Positions 38,101 through 46,277 of a stretch of DNA of 64,000 nt are shown here, piece after piece. The position numbers and the translations under genes were made by a program. This DNA is from a virus. Its lineage: Duplodnaviria > Caudoviricetes. The stretch lies in IMG/VR virus record IMGVR_UViG_3300028833_000077, one strand, 5' to 3'. How positions within the stretch are numbered: the first letter of the stretch is position 1; each line of letters starts with the position of its first letter. The notes under the pieces are model-generated. The model was not told the DNA's origin. It saw only the letters and a program-made list of their open reading frames with translations, and did no database searches.

Positions 38101-41100
38101 ACGGTATCTTCCAAAGCTCCTTTCAAGATATCTACCGAATTTTGTCTCAGTATTCTCATAATCAAGAGGGCTATATGTATCCATTGCATCCTTTAGGTTA
38201 CGAATGATATGCCCAAGCCTGGATGGGTTGGTATAGGAATAATAGGTCTTTCCATCTTGATAGACAGATGCTTCTACTACAGACTGTACACTGCCAGATA
38301 GTTTGTTGATAAGGTCTTTGTAAGGGCCAAAGGCATCCAAACCTTTGAGTCCCATAGGAATGCTGCCGTTCTTGCTAAGTCCTTCATTTTGAGCCGACAG
38401 TCTTGAGAGTATGTCATACCCATTGTTATCGTTCCTCTTTATGAATTGAAGGAGGATATTAAGGTTGCTCTTGGTATAGCTTCTTGAAGGTTTTGACAGA
38501 AGGCAGTTCAAGACAACATCCTCGGAGACCATAATACCTACTCCGTGGAGTATGGCAGTTAGGTCCTTTACCATACTATGTCCCTTGATATCCTCTGCAA
38601 TTAGCTGTCCGGCAATATAGTCTTGGAACTCATCTGACTTCTTGTCACCATTGAATCCAGGATGCTTCTTATACAAGTCCTTGCCTTTTTCCCTTAAAGC
38701 ACTGACAGCCTTTTCTATCCTTCCGGCCACAGAACCTCCCTTACTGCTTTTGGTAAGGATATTCTTACCGTCTTTATTGGAGATAAGGGATTCCCCCTCC
38801 CATGTACCGACACTACCTGCAGTAAAGTCAGCTCTTAGTGAGTCAAGCATGGTCTGAGTGGCAGACTTCATGTTAATGACTTCAGTAACCACTACTTTCT
38901 GACCAGTCTTCTTGTCTAACACTACCTTTGATATACTATAGGTAAGGGCGTCTTTTCTGAAATTGCGGAAGAATTTCCTTCTAAGATTGTCATTACTCTC
39001 AAGTCTCTGGATAAGCTCATTTATCCATCTGTTCTTTGGGTTATTGGCCAAACTCCTCATAGCCTCAAGCATCTCCTCAAAGTCCTCACAGTCCTTACAT
39101 GCCTCCAAGATGGTTTGAGTGGCAGTAGTTCCATCCATGAACATTGGTAATTCCCAACCATACGGGTCATAGACAATCTCACCATTCTCATCTAGTAGGA
39201 CAATATCCTCAAACAGTCTTTTGATTTCCTTTGCCAAGGAAGACCTTGGGGAATGGTGCCTCTGGTCAAACATCCATGCTTCCGTATCTGTTAGTCCTTC
39301 TGCAAACTTGTCTAAGAAGTCGTCTACAGCCTCATTATCACCTTCGTCTTCTTTAGCATACTCGCTATCTATCTGAATCTCTGCAGCAGAGGCGGCATTT
39401 AGCAGTTGGGAATCTTTTTCTTTCATGACAGGCATCAGAAAGTCCTCCAATGCCAGTAACCTTGCACTTCCCAAACGGATGAATTGACTCCTATGGTCTA
39501 TAAGCCACTTTGCTTTTTTGTTTTGAAGCTGAGCATCCTTAAAGTCTTGTTCATAAAACTCGACTCCTGCTTCTTCACATTCTTCCCTAAACCACTCTTC
39601 ACTGAAGTCAGGGTCATACCTATCAGCTATCCTGTCATTGAATACAAAATCAATAACCTTCATAATGCCCTCACCTGGCTTCCCATTTCCCAATATCCTG
39701 CAGATTTCCAAGTGGCTTTTTCCATGCAAAGGGGAAGACTTCCCCTCTTCAGCTATACTGAGAGGTATCTCCTCAAATTCGGAACCAGCAGACAGATAGT
39801 CCAGAGTCTTGGAAACCATATGCATCATCCAGTCCGCCACTTCTTGTATCTCCTGCTCTCCCATGAGTTCTGGATTGCTTCCTATGTCACTGTCTGCAAG
39901 TCTTACAGTACCTTGTGCAGTATGCATTGCCTTTATTTTACCTGCAAACCATTCCATAGCATTACGATCTTCCTTTGATGCAAGTACCAGCTGCTTCTCG
40001 TATGTGACTGCTTCCATATCCTTAAGTACACCTTGTTTTGGTCCTCTAAGTGCAGCAAGCTCTTCAGACATGACGAAGTGCTCGTTATCATTGGTTGCCT
40101 TAACATGCAATCTGGGCTCAATGTATAATAGCTCTTTGTCAGAAAAGGCTTCTGAAACGGCTGGATTATTCTGCTCTTCGGCATACTCACCTAAAGTCTG
40201 TTCTGTTCCTGCAATATACAAACCATGGGTTTCTATTGTATCTTTGTCTTTATAGTCCAGCTCGACAATGTCATATATTTTATCTTCAGGATTTTCATTT
40301 TTGTCTCCCTTGTCCGTTGAATCATACCAAGTATCTACAAGCACTACATAAGGAGTATCATCTACTTGGAGACCATATGATTGCAGCATCCTGTTGTACC
40401 TAGTAATCTGCTTACCATACTCTACACCACTTTTGAACTGGTCATTCAGTACAGTAAAGTAGCCTTCTGCATTGGTCATCTTGGCAGTCTTCAAGTCAAG
40501 TGTGTGCACTATTCCTTCACTGTCTACTACTAGGAAGTCAGGTTTTCCTACAACCCACTCACCTTCATTCTTGCCAAACAGCCTTATGTCTCCTGCAAAT
40601 ACTTTGCATCCCGGCCACTCCTCTTCAAGCTGTTCTTGCAAAGCCTTGAAATCTTGTATAAGATTTTTGAGACCTTGAACAGAGAACATCTTTTCCAGAT
40701 AGCTGTTGATTATTTCTTGAAGAAATTCATCTTCTTTTAAATTTCCGTCCTTGTCCCAAATGGTCACATTCTTACCATAGATCTTTATGCCTTCCTTACT
40801 AAAGAAAAGCCTTCCAACCCTATCTACCTGAGTACCTATTGGAGCCGCCATTACAGGAAAAGCAACGTCAGACTGGTCTCCATGTACATCGTAGCTGACA
40901 GTAGTAGCCAGAATTTCCTTACCGTTGTAGCTGTATTTATGTCTCCCTGTAGGTTTCCATTTTTCATTAGGCCTCTCTCCTTTATGTACATATTTCAAGT
41001 CACCATATTGATCTGTATATTCGGTGGCTATCCAGGTACTCTCAAGGTTTTGGATATTCTCTATAGCCTTTAGTGTTCTGTCTTGCCTAGAAGGTTTTTC

Positions 41101-41559
41101 TGTTTTAATGGGCTTCTTAATTGCAATCTTAAAGTATTGTCCTTTAGGGTCTCTGTCATAGAAAATAAGAGAACTTGCCTGTGCATCAGCTTCCATATCA
41201 TCTATTTCTTTCTTTGTCATTTTGGAAGTGTCAAACATCCTTAATGAAGATTTGGCCATCTCCATCCAAAAGTTGTACTCTTCCATTACGGAATCATACT
41301 CGTCCTCAGAAACCTCTACTTGCATAAAGTGCTCTAAGAATTTCCCGAACCCTTCAGGGTCTTCAAGCATGTTGTCCCTTTTGTTAGGCTCTGCTGCTTG
41401 AAGGCTGGCTCCTATAATTGAGTATATCACAGAGACAGCATGTTCTTCTGTGCCCTCAGAAATACCAAGGGATTGCTTCTGTTCTTTACTTAGCCTATTG
41501 ATAGTCTTATTGGCAAGACGTTCTTTGGCTGATGGTATGATGCAAGAATCTTGTGCCAT
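32131..41559 (-). CDS. Virion-packaged DNA-dependent RNA polymerase of crAss-like phages, with N-terminal PD-(D/E)xK-like domain
   Basis: 3142 aa; catalytic 'GSDFDIDK' (35191-35214) preceded by 'GYRIPTEDKYS'; 'INATDGQ', 'ASVDTAKDP'. Confidence 0.9.
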   Translation of the reverse strand: MAQDSCIIPSAKERLANKTINRLSKEQKQSLGISEGTEEHAVSVIYSIIGASLQAAEPNKRDNMLEDPEGFGKFLEHFMQVEVSEDEYDSVMEEYNFWMEMAKSSLRMFDTSKMTKKEIDDMEADAQASSLIFYDRDPKGQYFKIAIKKPIKTEKPSRQDRTLKAIENIQNLESTWIATEYTDQYGDLKYVHKGERPNEKWKPTGRHKYSYNGKEILATTVSYDVHGDQSDVAFPVMAAPIGTQVDRVGRLFFSKEGIKIYGKNVTIWDKDGNLKEDEFLQEIINSYLEKMFSVQGLKNLIQDFKALQEQLEEEWPGCKVFAGDIRLFGKNEGEWVVGKPDFLVVDSEGIVHTLDLKTAKMTNAEGYFTVLNDQFKSGVEYGKQITRYNRMLQSYGLQVDDTPYVVLVDTWYDSTDKGDKNENPEDKIYDIVELDYKDKDTIETHGLYIAGTEQTLGEYAEEQNNPAVSEAFSDKELLYIEPRLHVKATNDNEHFVMSEELAALRGPKQGVLKDMEAVTYEKQLVLASKEDRNAMEWFAGKIKAMHTAQGTVRLADSDIGSNPELMGEQEIQEVADWMMHMVSKTLDYLSAGSEFEEIPLSIAEEGKSSPLHGKSHLEICRILGNGKPGEGIMKVIDFVFNDRIADRYDPDFSEEWFREECEEAGVEFYEQDFKDAQLQNKKAKWLIDHRSQFIRLGSARLLALEDFLMPVMKEKDSQLLNAASAAEIQIDSEYAKEDEGDNEAVDDFLDKFAEGLTDTEAWMFDQRHHSPRSSLAKEIKRLFEDIVLLDENGEIVYDPYGWELPMFMDGTTATQTILEACKDCEDFEEMLEAMRSLANNPKNRWINELIQRLESNDNLRRKFFRNFRKDALTYSISKVVLDKKTGQKVVVTEVINMKSATQTMLDSLRADFTAGSVGTWEGESLISNKDGKNILTKSSKGGSVAGRIEKAVSALREKGKDLYKKHPGFNGDKKSDEFQDYIAGQLIAEDIKGHSMVKDLTAILHGVGIMVSEDVVLNCLLSKPSRSYTKSNLNILLQFIKRNDNNGYDILSRLSAQNEGLSKNGSIPMGLKGLDAFGPYKDLINKLSGSVQSVVEASVYQDGKTYYSYTNPSRLGHIIRNLKDAMDTYSPLDYENTETKFGRYLERSFGRYRGWFKDIEGENWMNDLLAQLDSDNPAARQALDHKVELTYLGNQYRDLGSLGFMLSILHNYFGTKDDPSNTRWFAMPTMSNKPVNEFVRMLKYGDSMSYKDEIVKRVLLPTFKQEMNRIADVLYHFVTDTVATDQMDLTIKKLKKAGYSPEEIASLKERIRNSAITAEDLVRLGKVTSGAKFHFLWYLNNEIAQSLESDKSMADSIATRVNILLTPNDSKHEERRRQLTNLSDQINLNNTVEQLIRENMQRIEDAEIREMERIGLFATKEIKTGKGDDTRTILRYWEEFDGKIGKEMTRKSMEKDLREFIWQDIAANINIIQITGGDLAYYGNSVNYQKRIAMIHSPGLHMMHDEEIDDGYLRSVHISDHNIMSEIMTNAEVALGRQLATLTNPQERKDFEVMVKFITKGFKEINATDGQSFSSISSMKKKLQLMGEWSDEREEAYNAVASGKFNAYHLGVLMQPTKPLVASEMAKYSGSPTMTLRKTPLQDKNSEYLIILAEALSRSSGNRNKLAAISDFMEATHKFGDGRQGIDTVHFQSVGKVGVSGVIDINHFDEEFNKILALDDQSAYDGDCKDVFGTKGGKVTEADYNSLLKEFLMKHIRKGDSAKPHMKGQDLLEEARLKSEGLLSAGETVYNMQYVDTIPVDDYIIQQEVPAHLLDHEQLYGSQIRILGISDITPSTKGHETIFEVRGEKMTAEELIDEYKSLHAENIEASFNDLMIELGLDQIVKMDDGKKVRVSLPDMDKMSPADRDSVFKKVAFMLQKELAKDAKYGIDMMRSCSLEYNMDTVIDFNVPLMDPIQSKRIQMLINSVIKKTINKQKIKGGPVVQTTAYDKNLHIKFKGKDGRILPTFSEYGKSIEEYEKFLKDNQAGIAYFECYLSIPNAELERLLVKPDGTIMSYEEAKEKLDPEVWKSLTEVIGYRIPTEDKYSMLPLKIMGFLPKAAGQAIMMPQEITYLTGSDFDIDKMYIMLKSFGVELKDTGKGTVNKLMGEYHGDKSMEDFQDRVRQLLSNAEKILKGDKSITLDYNVKTSDGFGNFVEWYRDRILSTSFTEYTDRKSTSPRKAREARNNRLLDLQWAVLTHEDTVSKMLNPGNFNEQKRVGRIIKIIKSKVINPDTGKMWTRNELQSLYERTVSRDGVDAAIGALDALLEGADPHSVTLPMSKIYFQRQNMQGTQMVGIFANNNVSHAFMTFQKVGIDLMKDEDKSFVFDGIAIGDTSTPSIIAVLDRQKGFNGQLISKTIASFLAASVDTAKDPTLADMNVNTFTGGIAMALARLGFDTEVIGLFLSQPIIMELSDLYFREKTDGYYSGTTAINALAEQLNMDTSSEGILRNPYEAGIQDRRTLTRENLLKHLADSDFMEEGADESKLEFQKQILVAFNSLFSIATDLQELTFCTKFNSVTNAVGPTIADTLEDQSRVERFQANTKSVFYVPENVSSEVDEDTGEVIVGKDANGFTNPADVILNDPILHAFYKTTIDEDGASQRIFRNFFPHYFKGFGNMLKYFKENFTKKGKVSSKLYNQLLDDYLYYLLTFEGKVGEREFLPTIPTDNRSKDRLVVELIDSFNQVASIRGRRPNLILDQTLAGSCLRVRKKDDYIGTDILVFEGGQMGTDMQEKIKRAWSDLITYSDPNLYDEQNDQIRRFGVDLFFYTLMRNGFGFNPRTLMHLASMIVKMGAKYDSARTGSKEYLGYIEGLRNIKAVDEALMGSSIDGMKHIRNFLDQFIRNHPNNRSLIPTLQYNDKRISVMGDTVTVSIPEKGKKSALHDVMVSEDTPQQYITVITKIGTKLFSDLYRLDDTGGKVQQTGTGLVIKYTKTSELGLVKNFIEYNANLGTDGTIMESYFEALRGVSGIEDESQEESDDTQRQAGDEVYEPQQEQQESMRSKLKHLDLPFLSGNSPQEKAYRKLLQESYKEAKRNKDNEVLGLFNDLLSSKEGSERAMAARKVNAKFKEQLAKAMDMDISKIEQEIERIFEEQNKCKKG

Positions 41560-41578
41560 TATTATAATGTTTATTAGG

Positions 41579-41586
41579 CAAAGGTA
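41579..41586 (-). promoter_or_regulatory. Bacteroidota -7 promoter element TACCTTTG for the RNAP gene
   Basis: Exact match 20 nt upstream of the RNAP ATG, downstream of a terminator. Confidence 0.7.
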
Positions 41587-41658
41587 ATGCTTTTAGGCCA
41601 TATATATGGAGCTTTAGGCAAAATCTTAACCTTATTTAAAGGGTTTGTTAGAATATAT

Positions 41659-41688
41659 AAGGGGAACGGCTATAGGCCATTCCCCTCT
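41659..41688 (-). terminator. Probable intrinsic terminator ending the small-gene cluster
   Basis: Minus strand AGGGGAATGGC-ctata-GCCGTTCCCCTT followed by an AT-rich tail. Confidence 0.6.
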
Positions 41689-41716
41689 TAGCCAGAGATG
41701 GTCATGTAAGACCTTG

Positions 41717-42283
41717 TCATTCCATCACAGTGAACTCATGAATGATGATGAAGTTCTCATCCTCGGTAGCAGAGTCTTCATAATCAGCATTCCAAGCCTC
41801 TACCTCTTCCTCAGATTTGACTCCATACTTCTCATAGAGCCACTTATACATAGCTTCTTCTGTCTTAAAGTATTCAGACTGATAGATGTCATCCTGTGCA
41901 GTGTCCACCCAATACCTCTCAGGGAAGTATTTTCCTTCCTTATCATTAGTGCAATACACCTCACAGCCTGACTCCTCTACTACCCAATAGGCCTTGATGT
42001 CAGGGAACTTCTGTCTAAGCAGCTCTTCAAAGTCCTGCAAGCCCCACCTTTCCTCAGCGTGGAACCTTAGAACTCCATTTTCAAGAGTAGGTTCATCAGA
42101 GATTTCTCCTCCAAGCCTTTTATCTTCTAGCCCTTCTTCTGTAAAGCCTAGGTTTATACAAGTCTGATACTCTTCCCAATGCTGACTGTCACTGTGAATA
42201 GCTAAACAAACAGCTCCAAGAATCTCTGTAAGACTCTTTTCACTTCCTTCAATGGCATAAGCCACACTTGCCATGTTTGCCAT
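41717..42283 (-). CDS. Hypothetical acidic protein
   Basis: Intact 188-aa ORF in a tightly packed minus-strand cluster. Confidence 0.7.
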   Translation of the reverse strand: MANMASVAYAIEGSEKSLTEILGAVCLAIHSDSQHWEEYQTCINLGFTEEGLEDKRLGGEISDEPTLENGVLRFHAEERWGLQDFEELLRQKFPDIKAYWVVEESGCEVYCTNDKEGKYFPERYWVDTAQDDIYQSEYFKTEEAMYKWLYEKYGVKSEEEVEAWNADYEDSATEDENFIIIHEFTVME

Positions 42284-42284
42284 A

Positions 42285-42479
42285 TTATATCTTTTTTACA
42301 TCTTGATACCCTATAGACCAGAACAGCCAACTTAAAGACACTTCAAACCTGTCTTTGTCAAAATCTATACAGATAGCTGGAAATACAAAACTTACCCAGT
42401 CCTCTTTACTCTTCCAATAATTATAGAAGCGCAAGGTTTTCAGCCTTTCTCTTTCTTCTTTTTTCCAAAGTACTTTCAT
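42285..42479 (-). CDS. Hypothetical protein
   Basis: 64 aa, Trp-rich, tightly packed. Confidence 0.55.
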   Translation of the reverse strand: MKVLWKKEERERLKTLRFYNYWKSKEDWVSFVFPAICIDFDKDRFEVSLSWLFWSIGYQDVKKI

Positions 42480-42598
42480 AGTTCTCCTTTTTTAATTTTT
42501 TGAGTATTAATTCTCAGCATTTCTTCCAAGAATTGAGAAAGAGTAATCTTCCCTTCTGTCAGTTGCCTATATATTACTTCCTCCTCTATACCTAACAT
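42476..42598 (-). CDS. Small hypothetical protein (40 aa, not in ORF track)
   Basis: MLGIEEEVIYRQLTEGKITLSQFLEEMLRINTQKIKKGEL; ATGA overlap with the next gene. Confidence 0.55.
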   Translation of the reverse strand: MLGIEEEVIYRQLTEGKITLSQFLEEMLRINTQKIKKGEL

Positions 42599-42600
42599 GG

Positions 42601-42765
42601 TTATTCTTTATTTAAAGATTCCAACCATTCCTTGTCCACAAGATAGGTACTGCTACCTATACCCATGTTATCGTTAGGTTCTATTAAGGCAGTATTCTCA
42701 TGAAAGCCTTCCAGTTCCATGAATGCCTGAATGTCAGGCCATCCTATAACCTCATAGTCCTTCAT
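42601..42765 (-). CDS. Small hypothetical protein (54 aa, not in ORF track)
   Basis: MKDYEVIGWPDIQAFMELEGF...; TAATG overlap with the upstream gene. Confidence 0.6.
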   Translation of the reverse strand: MKDYEVIGWPDIQAFMELEGFHENTALIEPNDNMGIGSSTYLVDKEWLESLNKE

Positions 42766-42989
42766 TATCCATCAATATTAACTATATTATACTTATCTCC
42801 ATAGTACTCCTCTAAGTAGGATGCGATCATTGCACCTACTGAATCATCAGTGAAGGTCATGCCTACCATAATTGTACGGAAGGCTTGGCACATATCACCT
42901 ATTGAGACATCTGGGTAAGGGAACTCAATAGTTATCTTCTTCTGGCCACTTGTCTCGGCAGTAATCCTTGTAAATTCTATTGTCTCCAT
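42765..42989 (-). CDS. Hypothetical protein
   Basis: 74-aa ORF, translationally coupled. Confidence 0.6.
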   Translation of the reverse strand: METIEFTRITAETSGQKKITIEFPYPDVSIGDMCQAFRTIMVGMTFTDDSVGAMIASYLEEYYGDKYNIVNIDG

Positions 42990-42991
42990 AG

Positions 42992-43420
42992 TTATAACTT
43001 AAAATCTTTAGTAATATGACACATTCGGAGAACATGTTGGAACTCATGCACATGCTTGAACCTTATCCAACAATGATCTGAAATCCAATATACATTATCT
43101 TCCGTATCATGCTCTATATAGAATCCCTGTCCACGGGGAAAGTCAAAGAATTCTGTATAGTGTACATATACATCTTGGATACTTCCTTCCGTCTCTTCCT
43201 TGTTGAAAGGAAAACCATTCTGTTCCAGTATGCCTCTAGTGAGAAGTATAGGAGACACTTCTGATGCCCTAAGCCAATCCTCTCCACATTGAAGGGTCTT
43301 TATACCTATTTCATTCCACTGTGGTATATAATCAATACTACATACTTGGTCTGCAATAAAGGTATTCGTGTCAGTCTCTACTAAGACATAATCACCTAAC
43401 ATCAATTCCGATAATTCCAT
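42992..43420 (-). CDS. Hypothetical protein (start taken at MELSEL)
   Basis: 'ELMLGDYV...PI.LT..ILE.NGF...HVHEFQH.L' pattern common in Bacteroidota phage small proteins. Confidence 0.65.
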   Translation of the reverse strand: MELSELMLGDYVLVETDTNTFIADQVCSIDYIPQWNEIGIKTLQCGEDWLRASEVSPILLTRGILEQNGFPFNKEETEGSIQDVYVHYTEFFDFPRGQGFYIEHDTEDNVYWISDHCWIRFKHVHEFQHVLRMCHITKDFKL

Positions 43421-43436
43421 TATTTCTTTCTTTTTA

Positions 43437-43889
43437 TTACCAGTGACTATCTGCAAAATGGAATAAAGTATCATCAGGAAGCTTTTTCAAGATTTCAATA
43501 GTTCTTGCTTTATTCCTTTTTTCCTTCTCTTCCCAGTCTTTATACAAGTCTTGTTTACCTAAATTATTATTAGTTCCATCATAGTGCTCAAAGTCAAGAC
43601 AGTTCAGACAATCGAAGCTGCCATAGTGATTTGGATCTCTGACATCATAACAGTCATACCAGTAGCCTTTAATGACTTCCTGGTATAACTCAGGGTTGCT
43701 TTTCTTAGTAAAGTCATCTGTAGTCCAACCCATTTTCTTTTTCTTTTCACTTGTCCAGTCATAGTCATCTACCCAATCAGCACCGATAGTCATCTCTGCT
43801 GCTGATTCTGAGGAACTGCCAGGAGCATCATCAAATATTTTTTGAAGGTTAGCCCTTCCTCCTACAAACAATAGTCTACAATGTGACAT
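43437..43889 (-). CDS. Hypothetical protein
   Basis: 150 aa, ends 'LPDDTLFHFADSHW'. Confidence 0.65.
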   Translation of the reverse strand: MSHCRLLFVGGRANLQKIFDDAPGSSSESAAEMTIGADWVDDYDWTSEKKKKMGWTTDDFTKKSNPELYQEVIKGYWYDCYDVRDPNHYGSFDCLNCLDFEHYDGTNNNLGKQDLYKDWEEKEKRNKARTIEILKKLPDDTLFHFADSHW

Positions 43890-43900
43890 ATTACTTTCTT

Positions 43901-44317
43901 TTAGGTATTGCCATTCTCCAAATTATTGATAACAAGTAATTCCTTTGAAAACACCTCCGCCTCACTACCATATTGACTTGTTATGAGGATAATGGTGTCA
44001 TCTTCTTTTAAGTCACCCTTTATCTCATTGACAGTCCAAACAATATCAAGGTCACGGGCTTCTTCTTCAGGATCATACCATACTACTGTGTCTCTAACAT
44101 GAATAGGCTTTCCTTCCCTGTCTATCATCCCCCTTTTGGGAATGCCCATATACTCTGCTATGATATCCAGACTGGTCCAGAAGAGCTGTTCACAGTAGTC
44201 ATTTCCTAGCTTACTTGCCAGTCTCTCCATAGTGTCATCAGACACCTCTGAGGTGTCATATCCAATTTCCTCCAAGTCCTCTCTAGAGACCTGAGTAACT
44301 ATAAACGATTCTTTCAT
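43901..44317 (-). CDS. Hypothetical protein (start taken at MKESFI)
   Basis: Intact ORF; C-terminal 'IDREGKPIHVRDTV' is YopX-like in style. Confidence 0.6.
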   Translation of the reverse strand: MKESFIVTQVSREDLEEIGYDTSEVSDDTMERLASKLGNDYCEQLFWTSLDIIAEYMGIPKRGMIDREGKPIHVRDTVVWYDPEEEARDLDIVWTVNEIKGDLKEDDTIILITSQYGSEAEVFSKELLVINNLENGNT

Positions 44318-44321
44318 ATTT

Positions 44322-44540
44322 CTAGTCGTCAACACCCCACTCAAAACTGCTTATTCCTGCACGAAGGTAGTCTATATTTATACCATCTTCATAGCATTTA
44401 TTAGCTATATCATCATCCAATGTGATGAGAAACACATCAGTACATTCTCCTTGAAGGGGCAAATTCTCTATCTTAGCTTCAGGTATACTGCTAAATACCG
44501 AGGGATAGCCTGCTTTTAAATGTAGTTCCTTTATTTTCAT
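44322..44540 (-). CDS. Hypothetical protein
   Basis: 72-aa ORF in the packed cluster. Confidence 0.55.
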   Translation of the reverse strand: MKIKELHLKAGYPSVFSSIPEAKIENLPLQGECTDVFLITLDDDIANKCYEDGINIDYLRAGISSFEWGVDD

Positions 44541-44547
44541 ATACTTC

Positions 44548-45324
44548 TTATTTTATCAGTTCCTTTACAAGTTTCTTTGTCTTCTGTACATAACCTTTGG
44601 TCATCTCAATCATGTTGACCTCCTTGTTCTTGGAGAGAGAGCAGATAAGCAGTGGATTGTGCACCACTGCTATAATCTGCGTCTGCTCCTTGTGGAAGGA
44701 CAACACTTCCTTGATGCTGCCAATATTGTCAAGGGAGAGGTTCCTGTCAGGCTCATCCATCAGGATGGTCCATTCATCAGTACCCTCTTGATGATGCTTC
44801 TGGATATATTCCCAATAGAGAGGGTCACTCTCCTTGAATTGACTGTAGTCAAAGAAGGGGTTGGCCCTTCTTCTGCCATACATATGGTTCCAAAGGGAAT
44901 TCAAGGCAACCACCACTCCCTCTCCTGTAGAGGCATTCTTCTGCTCAAACATGGCACCGAAGTCCTCAAAGGTATTAATGGCCTTATGCTGCTCCTTCTC
45001 TCCTGCATGGGACAGACGGAAGGTATTCCTCTGATAGTCTGCATAGACATCCACACCATCAAGAAAACCCTCCTGCTCTAAAGTCCTTTTATACAAACTG
45101 TTGATGTTGCCTCTGTACATTCCAACATCACAGCTCATATAGTCCACCATGAGGTACTTCTTAATGAGGTTGAGCAGGGTGGTCTTGCCACAACCATTCT
45201 CTCCCACAATAATATTCACTCCAGGCTTGAACTCATATTCAGTACCATTCTTGAAGTTCTTGAGTTCAGGAAGGTACCTCAATGGGGAGTTGGTGTTGTC
45301 CTTGATTACTACTTTGTATACCAT
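44548..45324 (-). CDS. ABC/SMC-type ATPase (AAA_21/AAA_23-like)
   Basis: Walker A GENGCGKT, signature-like 'STGE', Walker B 'ILMDEPD', H-loop 'AVVHN'. Confidence 0.85.
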   Translation of the reverse strand: MVYKVVIKDNTNSPLRYLPELKNFKNGTEYEFKPGVNIIVGENGCGKTTLLNLIKKYLMVDYMSCDVGMYRGNINSLYKRTLEQEGFLDGVDVYADYQRNTFRLSHAGEKEQHKAINTFEDFGAMFEQKNASTGEGVVVALNSLWNHMYGRRRANPFFDYSQFKESDPLYWEYIQKHHQEGTDEWTILMDEPDRNLSLDNIGSIKEVLSFHKEQTQIIAVVHNPLLICSLSKNKEVNMIEMTKGYVQKTKKLVKELIK

Positions 45325-45611
45325 TACCTAAGTTTGGCCTTCTCCAATTTATACACATAGTACTCCTCCATCATCTCACCAGAGTTCTCATGCTGCCACT
45401 TGACTCCAGTGTAGATGTAGCAGTAGGAGGGTTTGTCTCCTTTGTGCCAATCCATGTACACTTTTCCGTGCTTTCTGGCAAGGCAGCCTTCAATATAGTC
45501 CTTGGCAGCCTTTCTTGTCTTGAACCACTCCTGAGCAATCAGCTCAATCTTATCTTCCAAATCACCTCTGACTATATCCTTGTCATGGTGATGTACTGTC
45601 ACTTGATACAT
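45324..45611 (-). CDS. Hypothetical protein
   Basis: 95 aa, TAATG-coupled to the ATPase gene. Confidence 0.65.
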   Translation of the reverse strand: MYQVTVHHHDKDIVRGDLEDKIELIAQEWFKTRKAAKDYIEGCLARKHGKVYMDWHKGDKPSYCYIYTGVKWQHENSGEMMEEYYVYKLEKAKLR

Positions 45612-45656
45612 AATCTTTTCTTTTAAATTAATGATTTAACAACCTCCCATACAGGT

Positions 45657-45920
45657 TTACTTGGGTTTGTTTTTCCTGTGTCTGAAGACCTTGACGTGCT
45701 CACCAGTGAAGCCTCCAGACCTGGTGTTGTACTGCTCAAGGTCTATCTGATGCAAGAACTCTTGAGCTTCATAGATAGAGTCAGCAGCCTTTTTAATAAG
45801 AGAGTCAACTTCTGGAGTTCTAGCCTCTGCTTTGATATTATCTAGGGTAATAGTGGCCAGCTCTAAGTAATTCAAGGCATCACTGATTCTCTGAGGTACT
45901 TTTGCTTCCTGACAGTTCAT
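45657..45920 (-). CDS. Hypothetical helical protein
   Basis: 87-aa ORF. Confidence 0.6.
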   Translation of the reverse strand: MNCQEAKVPQRISDALNYLELATITLDNIKAEARTPEVDSLIKKAADSIYEAQEFLHQIDLEQYNTRSGGFTGEHVKVFRHRKNKPK

Positions 45921-45922
45921 AA

Positions 45923-46051
45923 TTAACTATTATAGTTTTCTTCTGAGCAGATTGGTGCATCATAGGGATCCACCTCACAATCCAGGTCATTACAATAGTA
46001 ACTCCCGTCCTTCATTTTCTGGCAATAGCCACAACTTGAACATCTGTGCAT
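45923..46051 (-). CDS. Small Cys-rich protein (42 aa, not in ORF track)
   Basis: MHRCSSCGYCQKMKDGSYYCNDLDCEVDPYDAPICSEENYNS; fills the gap between neighbours. Confidence 0.55.
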   Translation of the reverse strand: MHRCSSCGYCQKMKDGSYYCNDLDCEVDPYDAPICSEENYNS

Positions 46052-46073
46052 ACGCTAAAATACTTTTAATTGT

Positions 46074-46277
46074 CTACCATGCTTCATAGTCTGTAATGTC
46101 GAGTTCCTCACCACATATGGCACACTTGACTGTTATGCTATCTCCTACTGCTGTTGGGGTGAACAGGAAGCTTATATGCCCTCCTATGGTACCCTTATAG
46201 ACATCAGGATGCCTATGCTTGTCCATGAACTCCCTTGCCTGGGTTTCCTCCTTCTCACTCAGACTGAACTGTATCAT
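46074..46277 (-). CDS. Small zinc-ribbon-like protein
   Basis: 'FTPTAVG..ITVKCAICGEELDITDY..W'. Confidence 0.65.
   Translation of the reverse strand: MIQFSLSEKEETQAREFMDKHRHPDVYKGTIGGHISFLFTPTAVGDSITVKCAICGEELDITDYEAW

Noticed and set aside
27654-41073. Many 60-190-aa + strand ORFs opposite the giant genes (and - strand ORFs opposite the tail genes)
   Set aside because: Shadow ORFs fully nested antisense to long conserved genes, with no motifs.
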